DNA from: a virus
Lineage: Duplodnaviria > Heunggongvirae > Uroviricota > Caudoviricetes
Virus record (IMG/VR): IMGVR_UViG_3300008108_000006
DNA length: 64,000 bases
Reading direction: 5' to 3' (one strand)
Shown piece after piece: positions 12,101-21,494 of this stretch (position 1 is the first letter of the stretch; each line of letters opens with the position of its first letter). The notes under the pieces were generated by a model, which did no database searches, was not told the DNA's origin, and saw only the letters and a list, made by a program, of their open reading frames with translations. The position numbers and the translations under genes were made by a program.

Positions 12101-13966
12101 CTCACAAGCAGGAAGGTCCGACACTCTAAAACCTTCTTTATTTGACGTTCTCCAAGCCAAGTTTTCAATACTAAACATGTATTTGGTAACGTTTTTCTCA
12201 ACTGCAGTTGGATTAACGTTGTTACTTGTCGGAACAATATTCAAATTATATGTTGAAGTTATTACAGAATTAACAAATTGATAGATACTACCTTTTTGTT
12301 TCTGTAAATTTTCATAATTAATATATGGTTTGTCCTTAGCAAACACCCTACAATATTCTCTACCCGCTTCCGTTCCCGACGCATTAGTGTAAGATATCAC
12401 CCTAGAACCCTTAGTTAATTCCTTATACCCATCACTAAATACTTTAGATACTTGGTCAATTGCGTTACCAACGTGGTTAAGTCTCTTAGCACCATCGGGT
12501 TGTGAATCTATTAACCTTTGAGTATCATCTAAAATACTACCCGGTCTAAATTCATAATTAGTTGATTTACCCGCATTGAATTTATCACTAATACTATTAA
12601 ATGTTGGGTTATTTGTGGTATAATCACCACCAGGTGCTACATTTTTACCCGCATTTTTACTATATTTCGGTGATACCCATGTGAACCCTCCTTGAATACC
12701 CCCCGCATCCTCATAAGATTTACCCGCAAAACCGTTTTGGATTTGTATATTATTTTCATAATTATTACCCAATACTTCAGGTCCATATACAGGAGCATTA
12801 ACTTCTCTACCCGTTTCATCTTTTGGTATAGCACCCGGAGGTGATGTTAAAGATCCCGGATCTTGATCCTTTGAACCAACATAAAAGTTTCCTTTAGTTA
12901 AGTTTGATAAATTAAACGAAAATATACCACCTACGGCATCATCACTAAACGCGGGTCTAAACTTGTTTTGTTCAATGTTAGATTGTAGTTGGAATTTTTG
13001 ACCCGATCCTGTATTTTTTAAGAATAAATCCGACGGTGTTCTACCTCTTGACCCTCTCGTTCCAAACGCCCCCGCAACCGCAGCACCAACAACCGTTTGT
13101 TGTGTTCTACCAAGGTTGTTCTGTGTCATATCCTCATCAAAATAATCACCCGGTATCGGTGATACAGGATAGTAAGTTCCTGCAATTCTGTTAAGAATAT
13201 CCGCCATTTTACCAATAGCGTTTGACGGAACAGTAATTGTCCAATCTTTTGATACTATAGGTCTTTTACCCGCCAAAACTTGAGCCACCTCAAATGGATC
13301 TCTAAGTGACTCTAAGAATGTAAGTCTTCCGATTGTTTCGGTTCTAACATTTTGATCAACCCTCGCCTTTAAATTAGCCTTTAACGCAACCCCAATATCA
13401 AACCTTCTTGGTTCAGAATCCAAAGATAATGTACCATCCGACCCTTGTGGATTACTTGAAAGTAAAACCGCATATGGTGAATATAATGAGGGTCTAAAAC
13501 TAGGTGGACCCCAATACGGTGCCAAAACACCTTTAGACCTTTGTATTAAACCAATATTATACGGATTTTGAAAACCTCCGGGAGGTCCGTATTGGTTGAT
13601 AATTGACGATGCTTTTTGATAGGATATACTATAATTCTCAATAGCATCGATATATGGGGGAAATGGTCCATATTCCCCCTTATTAGGTCCCGAACTTACA
13701 ACATTATTATAATTTATAGTTTTATTAAAACCACCATTAGGACCAAATTCATTAATCTTATATAAATTATCAGAAAAAGGACTGTTATCTATTAAAACAT
13801 CAGGAGAATCAATTACACTATAATCCTGTAATTCGGTTGGGTATGTAACCGCACCACTTGGTGGTGTATATACGCCTGGTTTTCTGTAAGGTTTAAGATT
13901 CCTTACAATTAAACTTTTTCTAATGATCTCGGTTGCATTAAACGATAACGGACTAGTTCCCATCAA
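9152..13966 (-). CDS. Baseplate/tube-initiator-like protein with an inserted OmpA-like domain
   Basis: Tube-like halves MWFPPYGLTFSED..FIGRPEPVYTYKNTSRSGQLSF and PPVLVLRIGDFYNTKII..MICDVTLSF flank OmpA-like motifs ITLIGSASAP..YNVDLSKRRIDSV..RGE..CRRVAI. Confidence 0.6.
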   Translation of the reverse strand: MMGTSPLSFNATEIIRKSLIVRNLKPYRKPGVYTPPSGAVTYPTELQDYSVIDSPDVLIDNSPFSDNLYKINEFGPNGGFNKTINYNNVVSSGPNKGEYGPFPPYIDAIENYSISYQKASSIINQYGPPGGFQNPYNIGLIQRSKGVLAPYWGPPSFRPSLYSPYAVLLSSNPQGSDGTLSLDSEPRRFDIGVALKANLKARVDQNVRTETIGRLTFLESLRDPFEVAQVLAGKRPIVSKDWTITVPSNAIGKMADILNRIAGTYYPVSPIPGDYFDEDMTQNNLGRTQQTVVGAAVAGAFGTRGSRGRTPSDLFLKNTGSGQKFQLQSNIEQNKFRPAFSDDAVGGIFSFNLSNLTKGNFYVGSKDQDPGSLTSPPGAIPKDETGREVNAPVYGPEVLGNNYENNIQIQNGFAGKSYEDAGGIQGGFTWVSPKYSKNAGKNVAPGGDYTTNNPTFNSISDKFNAGKSTNYEFRPGSILDDTQRLIDSQPDGAKRLNHVGNAIDQVSKVFSDGYKELTKGSRVISYTNASGTEAGREYCRVFAKDKPYINYENLQKQKGSIYQFVNSVITSTYNLNIVPTSNNVNPTAVEKNVTKYMFSIENLAWRTSNKEGFRVSDLPACERGPNGGRIMWFPPYGLTFSEDSRPSFNENTFIGRPEPVYTYKNTSRSGQLSFKIVVDHPSILNLIVNKVLANTDRETADNIVDSFFAGCKEYDLYELAQTYNTIPASDLVYFQSIVNTTTPQNPATQESTQPINQSQPAPIIPQQTKPSELNWDKFKNLGFYFYNDYPDPNTRLTQTTSAYDVEYNFLLSKETTFIEVASRNNTQTEMQNFFDDIVIDNFTTVGNKLVPEIKKVLDDGTAKSITITLIGSASAPATISYNVDLSKRRIDSVKDYFQNVLGSYIDSGRLKIDSGSARGEQESSATLYSFNKGTKSQGYNCTDLDTKNIPYNKIFSVQASACRRVAIKDIKYVPGDIPQAPPPPQISAVPPKQEQTTGQLPLEAPKPVTTTTIQQKIKNDVSKRIVRSLLSECNYFDILKSTDPVVFDSIKDKIKYFNPTFHSMTPEGLNSRLTFLNQCVRPGDTIPTIGLDGKPVTDVATNTAFGAPPVLVLRIGDFYNTKIIPTNLSFKFENFDLNPEGIGMQPMICDVTLSFNFIGGSGLKEPIEKLQNALSFNYYANTEMYDERAEKTEDREQFNQQFIGALGLTETETTTSVSQATPVSTSLGGATIGEIKSTTTSAATSGTSTVVYGNISYTKVFDGFVTQSKNYYNGVYNFLNDTLKNYNYGVLQNVTNVLKYNTGKFNQYTSPQDVNLFGSPVNIQSRYVSFFSQLQSKINNGSLSQISTLEQNRNVKNSVVRDLKQNYINYVSGYAPTFLTKLTTSIQSLNTLEQDYVFTIDKLNYVLTERDGFIEKGEPKLYKITGSTLSVMTTDLTTIGTYCNQFITTLTDGDYPPYVTQSFKFDSEIFPVTKFGFTTPESKLEYMLMSGVYINDYTNFMSAITNGITDPISLTIINDEFGKVKSVFESAYNTELSIVDDNKNTINKDILNVVGINVGVDRTCSYTTDFTPSSDDKTRLSKLFNSNNDADTDNPYNLKKKFKL

Positions 13967-14004
13967 TAATTCATTTTAATATAAATAGATTAGTAGCTAT
14001 TTTT

Positions 14005-15744
14005 TTATTGACCCGGCGCGTTATAAACATCAGGTTCTTTTAATACTGCTTTAACTGCGTTTGAAAATTGTAAATTTTTAGCATCTATTTGACCAACAAC
14101 TCTATTATCTTGCATAATATCCACCCTACCCGTTAATTGGACAGTAACGGGATCAACTCTAACAGTTTCCGGTTTCTTAGTTTCTTTAATACCTAATTGT
14201 TCTATAAGATCACTAACAATACTTCCAACCGCAGGAACAACAATATTTTCTTTAGAAATTTGTGTTTGAAATGTGGATGCAAAATCAATTGAGGATATTC
14301 TGTCAATACTTTTACTAAAGTTTTCAGAAAAATCAACAATAAAGTCGTTAAGAGTTGTTCCAAACTTATCGTTAAACCCTTCAAGGTCACCCTTAACTAA
14401 ATCCTTTATTGCATCAACACCACCGGTTTCAAATCTATCTACTAATTGTCGTTGATCTCCGGGACGAAATGCCTGTCTAACACCTTCAGTAACAATTCTT
14501 TGACCTCCTCTTTGTATTTCAATAAGATCTTGGAACACTTTACTACTAGCAATCCCCGACACTCCGAAACCAACTTTAATCGCTGTCAAATTATTGTTCA
14601 TCATTTGTTGTGTTGATAATTGTTCCGCAGCAAAATCCTCTAAGGTTTTGGCACTTGTTGTTTGTGCTTTTATCTTTTCTAAATCACCTTGTTGTAGTTG
14701 TGAAACCAATCTATCTTGACCATCAACTTTAACCGTAAAACCTCCTTTAATCTTATCAAAATTAGCAACACCCGACAAAAACATTTTTGTTTCTTCGTCA
14801 ATTCCGGCAACTTTTAATTCTTTTGATACTTCATTAAGTTGAGCCCTTGCCTTAGCCATTTTAACCATGTTATCATAACTAAGTCCCGTTTCTTCGGAAA
14901 TTTTCATTAAATCTCGTCTAGCAGCTGGAGGTATCTCAAATTTACCGGTTTCTTTATTCAAAAAACCCATTCTTTCAACCACACCACCAATAGCTTCTTG
15001 TAGTCCTTCAGTGTCTTCTTGTGCCAAATACATCAACCTAAACGGATCTGCTAAATCACCAACAGCAACCCCTAATCGTTGAAATGTATTTACCGCACTA
15101 ATAGCACCTTCAGGGTCAAATACTTTTGACGCAAAATTAAATACGTCGGACATATCAATCTTTAGTAAAGCCGCTTTTGCCGCCATCCTTGCCAAACCAT
15201 CAACACCCGTTTGAAATCCAAATTTATTAGCATTTGATAAATTATCACTAACTTGTTGAAATACTTGATTTGTATTTGCTCCGAATTTTCTAGCTTCAGA
15301 TAATATGGTTAATGTGTTTTCACCAAAATTATTCATGGATTCACCAAAGTCAGCAAATTTTACAAAACTTTGTGTAATGGATTGAATACCTAAACCGGTT
15401 GCTGTCGCTGCCGCTTGGATCTCAACCATATTTTTAGCACCAACAACAAAACTATATTCAAGTTCAGAGGCGATATTAGAAATTATGTCAGCCGCTTTTT
15501 GTGTTAAATTAGCAACATCGGTACCTTGGTCAATAACCAAAGCCAAATCTTTAGATGCGTCGGCAATAGTTTTGGAAACCTCTCTATAAGTTTCCCTATT
15601 GGCAGTCATGTTCTTTTGAACGGACAGAGATTGCTCATCAAGATTTTCACGAAATTCCTGCAGATTTGCAAAAAATTGTTTGGTAAGAATGTCGGCCAAT
15701 CCTTGTCCATATTTATTTAAATCGTCAAAAATATTTTGTGCCAT
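14005..15744 (-). CDS. Tape-measure-like helical tail protein
   Basis: 579-aa Ala/Leu/Gln-rich helical-looking sequence; lies directly after the tail chaperone and before the baseplate genes. Confidence 0.55.
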   Translation of the reverse strand: MAQNIFDDLNKYGQGLADILTKQFFANLQEFRENLDEQSLSVQKNMTANRETYREVSKTIADASKDLALVIDQGTDVANLTQKAADIISNIASELEYSFVVGAKNMVEIQAAATATGLGIQSITQSFVKFADFGESMNNFGENTLTILSEARKFGANTNQVFQQVSDNLSNANKFGFQTGVDGLARMAAKAALLKIDMSDVFNFASKVFDPEGAISAVNTFQRLGVAVGDLADPFRLMYLAQEDTEGLQEAIGGVVERMGFLNKETGKFEIPPAARRDLMKISEETGLSYDNMVKMAKARAQLNEVSKELKVAGIDEETKMFLSGVANFDKIKGGFTVKVDGQDRLVSQLQQGDLEKIKAQTTSAKTLEDFAAEQLSTQQMMNNNLTAIKVGFGVSGIASSKVFQDLIEIQRGGQRIVTEGVRQAFRPGDQRQLVDRFETGGVDAIKDLVKGDLEGFNDKFGTTLNDFIVDFSENFSKSIDRISSIDFASTFQTQISKENIVVPAVGSIVSDLIEQLGIKETKKPETVRVDPVTVQLTGRVDIMQDNRVVGQIDAKNLQFSNAVKAVLKEPDVYNAPGQ

Positions 15745-15769
15745 AAACTTTATTTACAATAAATATTGA

Positions 15770-15931
15770 TTAGTTAGTTTTGGGTGTTAAATCCGTGACC
15801 AACTTGTTCATCAAATATTTCCTAAAATAAGTGGGCATACGATAAAAATCTCCATAAGAAACATGTAGATGCTTCGCCAAATAATAAAATTCGTCAGATA
15901 ATACTCTGTTATAATCAGAAGAAAGGGCGAA
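15770..15931 (-). CDS. Probable +1-frame extension of the tail assembly chaperone (GT/gp51-like part)
   Basis: Open +1 frame overlapping the end of 15915..16658: FALSSDYNRVLSDEFYYLAKHLHVSYGDFYRMPTYFRKYLMNKLVTDLTPKTN*; entered from GAG TTT TTT CGC. Confidence 0.6.
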   Translation of the reverse strand, partial: FALSSDYNRVLSDEFYYLAKHLHVSYGDFYRMPTYFRKYLMNKLVTDLTPKTN

Positions 15932-16658
15932 AAAACTCTGCCCCAAAGGCGATATTCAAATCTACCTTTTTTCCGGATGGGGCGATAACTGTTTTCACAA
16001 GATCCAATCTTGGTTCATTTTCATTAATGAATTTTTTAATGTATTTAGAATCCATAATAGGCATAGATTCAATAAACTTAATAATATTTTCAGGGCTAGT
16101 ATCATCATTAATACTAATAATTGACTTAGCCAAACTTGTAGTCACCGTAGGTGCTTTACCCACAGGATACATCGCATTCATTCTATCCAACTCTGTCATA
16201 TCACCCAATGTCAATGGTTTTAATTTTACCTTCACTTCACTTCTTGGTAAAGTTGTGGTCCATGTCCCATCCTCATTAGGTAATTGATTTGTTCGTTTAA
16301 TATTTAACTCATCTAACATCACATTACCCTTAAACTCATTACCAGTCTCGGGGTCAATTAATTTGAATGTGTATTCGGGACCAAACGATGTGTTCCTTAA
16401 AAAGATAAGAATAGCTTCAATATCACCATTTAACAAATCTTCGGGTCTAATTCCCGGTTCATATAATTTTGATCTAATTAGTGTTGTTACTATGGAATCG
16501 GAAGGTGCCGACATAATTGTGTTTTCATCCGAAGCGGTCAAATATCCCACTTTCACAGATTCCTTTTTATTTTTATAAAAAATTCCTCTTGATGGTAAAG
16601 GCACCACATCATGTGGTAAATTAAAATCAATTTGTCCGTATTGTGTTGCGTCTTGCAT
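15915..16658 (-). CDS. Tail assembly chaperone / T4 gp26-like baseplate hub assembly protein
   Basis: HDVVPLPSRGIFY, YLTASDENTI, DLLNGDIEAILIFLRNTSFGPEY, C-terminal EFFRP; lies between tube and tape-measure-like genes. Confidence 0.7.
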   Translation of the reverse strand: MQDATQYGQIDFNLPHDVVPLPSRGIFYKNKKESVKVGYLTASDENTIMSAPSDSIVTTLIRSKLYEPGIRPEDLLNGDIEAILIFLRNTSFGPEYTFKLIDPETGNEFKGNVMLDELNIKRTNQLPNEDGTWTTTLPRSEVKVKLKPLTLGDMTELDRMNAMYPVGKAPTVTTSLAKSIISINDDTSPENIIKFIESMPIMDSKYIKKFINENEPRLDLVKTVIAPSGKKVDLNIAFGAEFFRPFF

Positions 16659-16688
16659 AAAAAAACCGTAGAGTTTGGCTCTACGGTT
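16659..16688 (-). terminator. Terminator-like hairpin after the tail tube gene, abutting the next ATG
   Basis: Minus strand AACCGTAGAG-CCAAA-CTCTACGGTT-TTTTT followed immediately by ATG at 16658. Confidence 0.7.
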
Positions 16689-16720
16689 AAATATAGTGTA
16701 GTAATATTTTTAGTAAATAA

Positions 16721-17209
16721 TTAATATACCAAGATACAACGATCCATACGTAATGAACAAGATAGAGTCGCTAACTTATCATCACTATATGATGCTTGTG
16801 ACCAAGATACATCAGTCAAGAAAGTATTTTCAAGTATCCACTTTTCAACAACAACACCCGTTGGATCTAACATCTCTAAGTCAATGTTTTTCTTATAACC
16901 CGCAGCATAACCCATACGACCTGTTACAGATTCAGCGTGCAAACGAACCCACTCCATTAATGCCTGTGTTGCCGATGGCCCAATAGGATCCACAAAATCA
17001 ACTTTAATCGGGTCCCAATTGAATCTACCCGCAACGAATGTACTTGTATTTAAGAACGGTATTTCTGTACTACCTATTTTTATTGCCGGTCTTCCCGAAC
17101 TCTGAACATACCATTCGTTAATACCCAATGAAGAAGGGAATCTTAATATAAATCGGTTATTCCTTTTGGGTTCATAAGGAATAGGCATTTTCATTAACAA
17201 ATCAGCCAT
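16721..17209 (-). CDS. Tail tube protein (T4 gp19-like)
   Basis: EPKRNNRFILRF, FVAGRFNWDPI, MEWVRL, YKKNIDLEMLDPTGVVVEKWIL; near the sheath gene. Confidence 0.85.
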   Translation of the reverse strand: MADLLMKMPIPYEPKRNNRFILRFPSSLGINEWYVQSSGRPAIKIGSTEIPFLNTSTFVAGRFNWDPIKVDFVDPIGPSATQALMEWVRLHAESVTGRMGYAAGYKKNIDLEMLDPTGVVVEKWILENTFLTDVSWSQASYSDDKLATLSCSLRMDRCILVY

Positions 17210-17301
17210 ATCTTTAAATTTTAATCTTTTTTAGTTTTATATATAAATACTCGTCAAAAAGTTTTTCTATTTACTTTTTTTTTTGACAAACTATTCTCAT
17301 A

Positions 17302-18162
17302 TTAATATTTCTTTTTTATACCTCCGGTCGTTGAATAAGTTGTTAAATCAACTCCTTCGGGTTTATTTTTTTCAAAATGAGTTTTCATTTTTTCAACGTT
17401 TCTAATATCATCATCTGAAAATCCAATCATAGGTATGAACTTATTAGCAATCTTTTCTTTCATGAAAGCTCTTTTATGAATTTTCTTAGCAATTTTTTTA
17501 ACGTGATCAATAAAATCATTCATAGCATCAATTTTACCCTCTTCGGGGTTTGAAGCACTTCCCGAACCATAACTAACTGGTGAAAATTGACACATATCTA
17601 AATATTCACGAATAATTTCATCATCCGACATATCTTCCATATCATCAATAGATCTGTAATTTCTTAGATTTTTAATCAAAAGTTTTTTATTAATACCATT
17701 GTGATTTGATACTATCATATTATATACCGATTCTTTCAGAGTATCGGGTTTGTGACCTCTAGCCGTTATAATAGCAAACACCGAACCACCATTAATCGCT
17801 TCAATAAAATCATCCCAAGCCGGACCAGTATCGGCAACCATTGAATCAATCAAAAAATCCTTATCACCTTCAGTTCTAAAGTTTCTAAATGGGTCATCTG
17901 CAAATCCTACAATAGTTCTACCTTTATATTTAAAGGGTTCTTTACCAATCTCTGTTCGGTACTCAGCAAAATCCTCCGTTCCCATAGGTACTTCATCCCC
18001 ATCCTCATCTTCTAACATGATTTTGGTCGGCATATAAAGTAAATTATCATCCCAATCAAAAGCATAATACTTCATGTCAGGAGTTCCTTTGTCACCAATC
18101 CCCTCGTTAATGTATGAGGGAATTAGTGATTTTAGGATTCTATTTTTTAATAGATCTTTCAT
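17302..18162 (-). CDS. HAD-superfamily phosphatase-like protein
   Basis: Motif I YYAFDWDDN, motif II AIITARGH, conserved Lys (EEGK), motif IV IGFSDDD. Confidence 0.65.
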   Translation of the reverse strand: MKDLLKNRILKSLIPSYINEGIGDKGTPDMKYYAFDWDDNLLYMPTKIMLEDEDGDEVPMGTEDFAEYRTEIGKEPFKYKGRTIVGFADDPFRNFRTEGDKDFLIDSMVADTGPAWDDFIEAINGGSVFAIITARGHKPDTLKESVYNMIVSNHNGINKKLLIKNLRNYRSIDDMEDMSDDEIIREYLDMCQFSPVSYGSGSASNPEEGKIDAMNDFIDHVKKIAKKIHKRAFMKEKIANKFIPMIGFSDDDIRNVEKMKTHFEKNKPEGVDLTTYSTTGGIKKKY

Positions 18163-18165
18163 TTA

Positions 18166-21100
18166 TTAGATATTTTCAAAAGACGCACCTGTTGGTGTAA
18201 TTAAGAACTCGATATCAATGAATTCCAAAGATTTAGTTGGTTTAATATAAACTTTACCCACCAATTGGTTTCTATCCAAATCTTCGGGTGAAGAACTTAC
18301 CGTAACTCTGAAATCATATAGACCTCTATCTCTTCTAATTGAATCCAAAATAGGATTAACCGCATCTAAGAAATCTTGTCTAACTTTCTCATCGTTTTGT
18401 TCAAACAACAATCTAACCGCAACCGCTGAAATTAATTTACGAGCTTGTAACAACAATCTTCTAACATTTAATCTGTCAAGTGCTGATTGTGCAACTTGTA
18501 GTGTTTTATTACCCCAAATTACAGTTCCAACATCTGAGAAAGTTGCGATAGGATTAATTCTTCCTTGATACAATGTATCTCTATCTGTTTGAGTTAGTTT
18601 TCTTCTTGCTTTTACCGAATTAACCAAACCTCTAGTATAACCCGCCGATGCGAACCAAGGGAAAGCTATATTATCGGTAAGTGCTAAGTTTCTACAAACC
18701 TCACCTGTTGGTGGAAGATAAATTTGTGTGTTATTAACAGTATCTCTAACTAAAATCCAAGGATAATAAGTTGATGTATAGTTAGAATCAATACCAGTAT
18801 CATCCAAAGTATTAACAGCTTCAGTCGGATCAATGAAATCTTGTGAATCCACCGTTGAAACCAATAGGTCAATATCGGGAGTTGTTGTGATATAGATCGA
18901 ATCCGCTCTATCTTGCTCAACCATCTCAATTGCGTTTTCAACTAAGTTACTGTTATTTACATAATCAATACCCGGAGTTGCGAATACGTTAATATTAGTT
19001 GCTTCAGGATTTGCGAATGTTTGAATACCAATTAAGTAAGCATAATAGTCAGTTGTTGCATAATCGGTAGTGTTATTACCATATGTATATGGTCTAAACG
19101 CACCCCAACCAGTTGCCGATGGATATCTTGTATCACAAGTAGATGAAACACCTTTCTGATATCCTGTACCACCTAAAATAAATTCATCACCATTAGATCT
19201 TCTTTCTCTATAAATGTCCCAACCATCAAAACCACCTTGAACTAAGAATGTGAATTTACGTGATTGTATTTTATAATATGGATTAGCGGGATCTGTTGGG
19301 TCTGTTGTGAAACTTGTTGATCCAACTTCAAATGCCGATGTTCCTGAAGATAGGTATGAATTTGCGATAGTTACTACCGTAGCACCACTATCCATGTGGA
19401 AACCTTTAGTTTGATAAGTCCAACTTGATGCCTCATTACAAATACTTGTTGGGTTTTGTTTTCCTTTATATTGGAACAAATCGGAGTCAATACCCAATTG
19501 TGATGAAAATCCTAAGTAAGTAGTTCTAACTTTATCACCACTTGATGTTGTTGAATTATCTGCCGAACCTGTAGCATTTCCAAATGGTGGGTTGTAAATA
19601 ACTTCACCAGGGAAATCATACTTAGTTTTATATACAGGTTGTGGTGGTGTGTTTGATGTTGAAGAATAGGTTCTTTCAATTAAACCTTCAAAACCACAAG
19701 GAATGGCATCTACAGGTGCATCATAATTAAGCTCCAACATAATAAACTTAGAGTTTAATTGGTATTCACCATCAGAGGTACCAACTTTAACACCAATGTA
19801 ACTATTTTGACTAGGATCCATTGTACAGTTTGTGAATTTCTCCAAAATAACAGGATTTGTGTCCGTATCGTAAAAATCCCTAACAGCAATATCAAAAGTT
19901 AAATTATTGAACGACATATTCAATATTGAAACTTTAACTTGTGTATTAGCAGCATTACCATCTGAAATTGTAATTACTTTGAAAAGTTCATACACCTGAT
20001 TACCTCGAAGTTCTGAAACCACCCAAGGAGAACTTGGTGTTTGGTAAGGATCTAAGAAATAAGCCATAGTTCCTGTTGTGTTAGCAGCTCTCAACCCCGG
20101 TAACTGAATTAAACTTGTGCTTAGTCCTCTAATGTAACCTTTATTATAACCAAAATTCAACAAGTTAGGATAAATTTCTTCTACGAAAAGAGGAACTACT
20201 GTTCTGTCTTTACCAAAATTATCTTTACCCAATACTTTACTCAAATAGTTAGTTCCTGTTTGTTGCATTGACGCAGTTAGTGTGAATGGTGTGGAATTTG
20301 AAGTTGTTAAACCTGAAATTTGGAATTCTGTGTATGGATTTTTAGTTACACCGCTATTTACATCTACCAAATTAACATTTGATTGAGCACTTACAACAAA
20401 ATCGGGTCCCGCAACTCCGGAACCGTAATTAGAAACACCTCTTGATCTCAATGTTGCAACCACCATATTATTATATGCTGAATATGCAGTACCTGACCAA
20501 CCAAAAGTTTGTCCCGAAATCGTTCCCGTGTATGATGTGTAAGATCCAGCACTTAAACCTCCCGACAATGAACTTAAGAAAGTTACAAAAGAACGACCAA
20601 CATACGCATTGCCCGAACTGATATTAAACAATGAATAATACCAAGGATCATTTAAATAAGATGTGTAATCCTGAGATGATGCGTTTGTGTTATAAACACC
20701 TAAAACGTTTGTTGAAGCCGTGTAAGCACCTGATGTATATGTTGTGTTAGTTGCCGATGGTAAACTACCAAAAATATATGATGTTGCACCTGAATTAACT
20801 TGAACAACCGCAGCGGTATCATTACCAAAAACCGTTAATAATAAATTTTGTAAATCTGTTGTAAATGTTGAAGTACTACCATCTATTTTAGTATATGACG
20901 CATTTACGTCTGTATATGCTGACAATCCGTTTGTTAAAATATTTACAGTTCCCGTTGAGTTAGCACTAAATGTAACTGTGAATCCAACAGGTGTATTACC
21001 TGTAATACCAATTGTTGATGTATTTGGATTTGCAATCGTTTTGATAGTCCAAGATGGTCCTGCATCATATCCTGATAGACCTAATATTCTTGATACAAAT

Positions 21101-21372
21101 AACTGATTTGATTGTTGTAAATATGATTTTGCAATATATGCCATTTCATATTTAGGAATTTGTGTGTTCACAAATTTTTCTGTTGAAGTTCCACCGAAAT
21201 ATGTTTCATACTCATCAAAACTAGTGATAAAAATTGGTTCGAAAGCGGGACCTTTTAGTGCCTCACCAACCAAACCCAATGTTGTAACACCAACACTTTG
21301 AGCAACAAAACTTAAATCCCTTTCTGAGGTATAAACCCCAGGTGAAACGAATACCTTATTTGCTGTAGCCAT
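18166..21372 (-). CDS. Contractile tail sheath protein (gp18-like)
   Basis: N-terminal FVSPGVYTSERDLS; C-terminal PWFASAGYTRG, RDTLYQGRINPI, IWGNKTL, DRLNVRRLL, LFEQND, IKPTKSLEFIDIEF. Confidence 0.95.
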   Translation of the reverse strand: MATANKVFVSPGVYTSERDLSFVAQSVGVTTLGLVGEALKGPAFEPIFITSFDEYETYFGGTSTEKFVNTQIPKYEMAYIAKSYLQQSNQLFVSRILGLSGYDAGPSWTIKTIANPNTSTIGITGNTPVGFTVTFSANSTGTVNILTNGLSAYTDVNASYTKIDGSTSTFTTDLQNLLLTVFGNDTAAVVQVNSGATSYIFGSLPSATNTTYTSGAYTASTNVLGVYNTNASSQDYTSYLNDPWYYSLFNISSGNAYVGRSFVTFLSSLSGGLSAGSYTSYTGTISGQTFGWSGTAYSAYNNMVVATLRSRGVSNYGSGVAGPDFVVSAQSNVNLVDVNSGVTKNPYTEFQISGLTTSNSTPFTLTASMQQTGTNYLSKVLGKDNFGKDRTVVPLFVEEIYPNLLNFGYNKGYIRGLSTSLIQLPGLRAANTTGTMAYFLDPYQTPSSPWVVSELRGNQVYELFKVITISDGNAANTQVKVSILNMSFNNLTFDIAVRDFYDTDTNPVILEKFTNCTMDPSQNSYIGVKVGTSDGEYQLNSKFIMLELNYDAPVDAIPCGFEGLIERTYSSTSNTPPQPVYKTKYDFPGEVIYNPPFGNATGSADNSTTSSGDKVRTTYLGFSSQLGIDSDLFQYKGKQNPTSICNEASSWTYQTKGFHMDSGATVVTIANSYLSSGTSAFEVGSTSFTTDPTDPANPYYKIQSRKFTFLVQGGFDGWDIYRERRSNGDEFILGGTGYQKGVSSTCDTRYPSATGWGAFRPYTYGNNTTDYATTDYYAYLIGIQTFANPEATNINVFATPGIDYVNNSNLVENAIEMVEQDRADSIYITTTPDIDLLVSTVDSQDFIDPTEAVNTLDDTGIDSNYTSTYYPWILVRDTVNNTQIYLPPTGEVCRNLALTDNIAFPWFASAGYTRGLVNSVKARRKLTQTDRDTLYQGRINPIATFSDVGTVIWGNKTLQVAQSALDRLNVRRLLLQARKLISAVAVRLLFEQNDEKVRQDFLDAVNPILDSIRRDRGLYDFRVTVSSSPEDLDRNQLVGKVYIKPTKSLEFIDIEFLITPTGASFENI

Positions 21373-21494
21373 TATAATAAAAGTTTTTTAATTTATTTAC
21401 CATAAATACTTTACTTTTAACCAAAAACCGAAGATAATATAAAGTTCATTATCTTTATTTCTACTAAAAATATCTTTTTTTGATATTTAACGAT

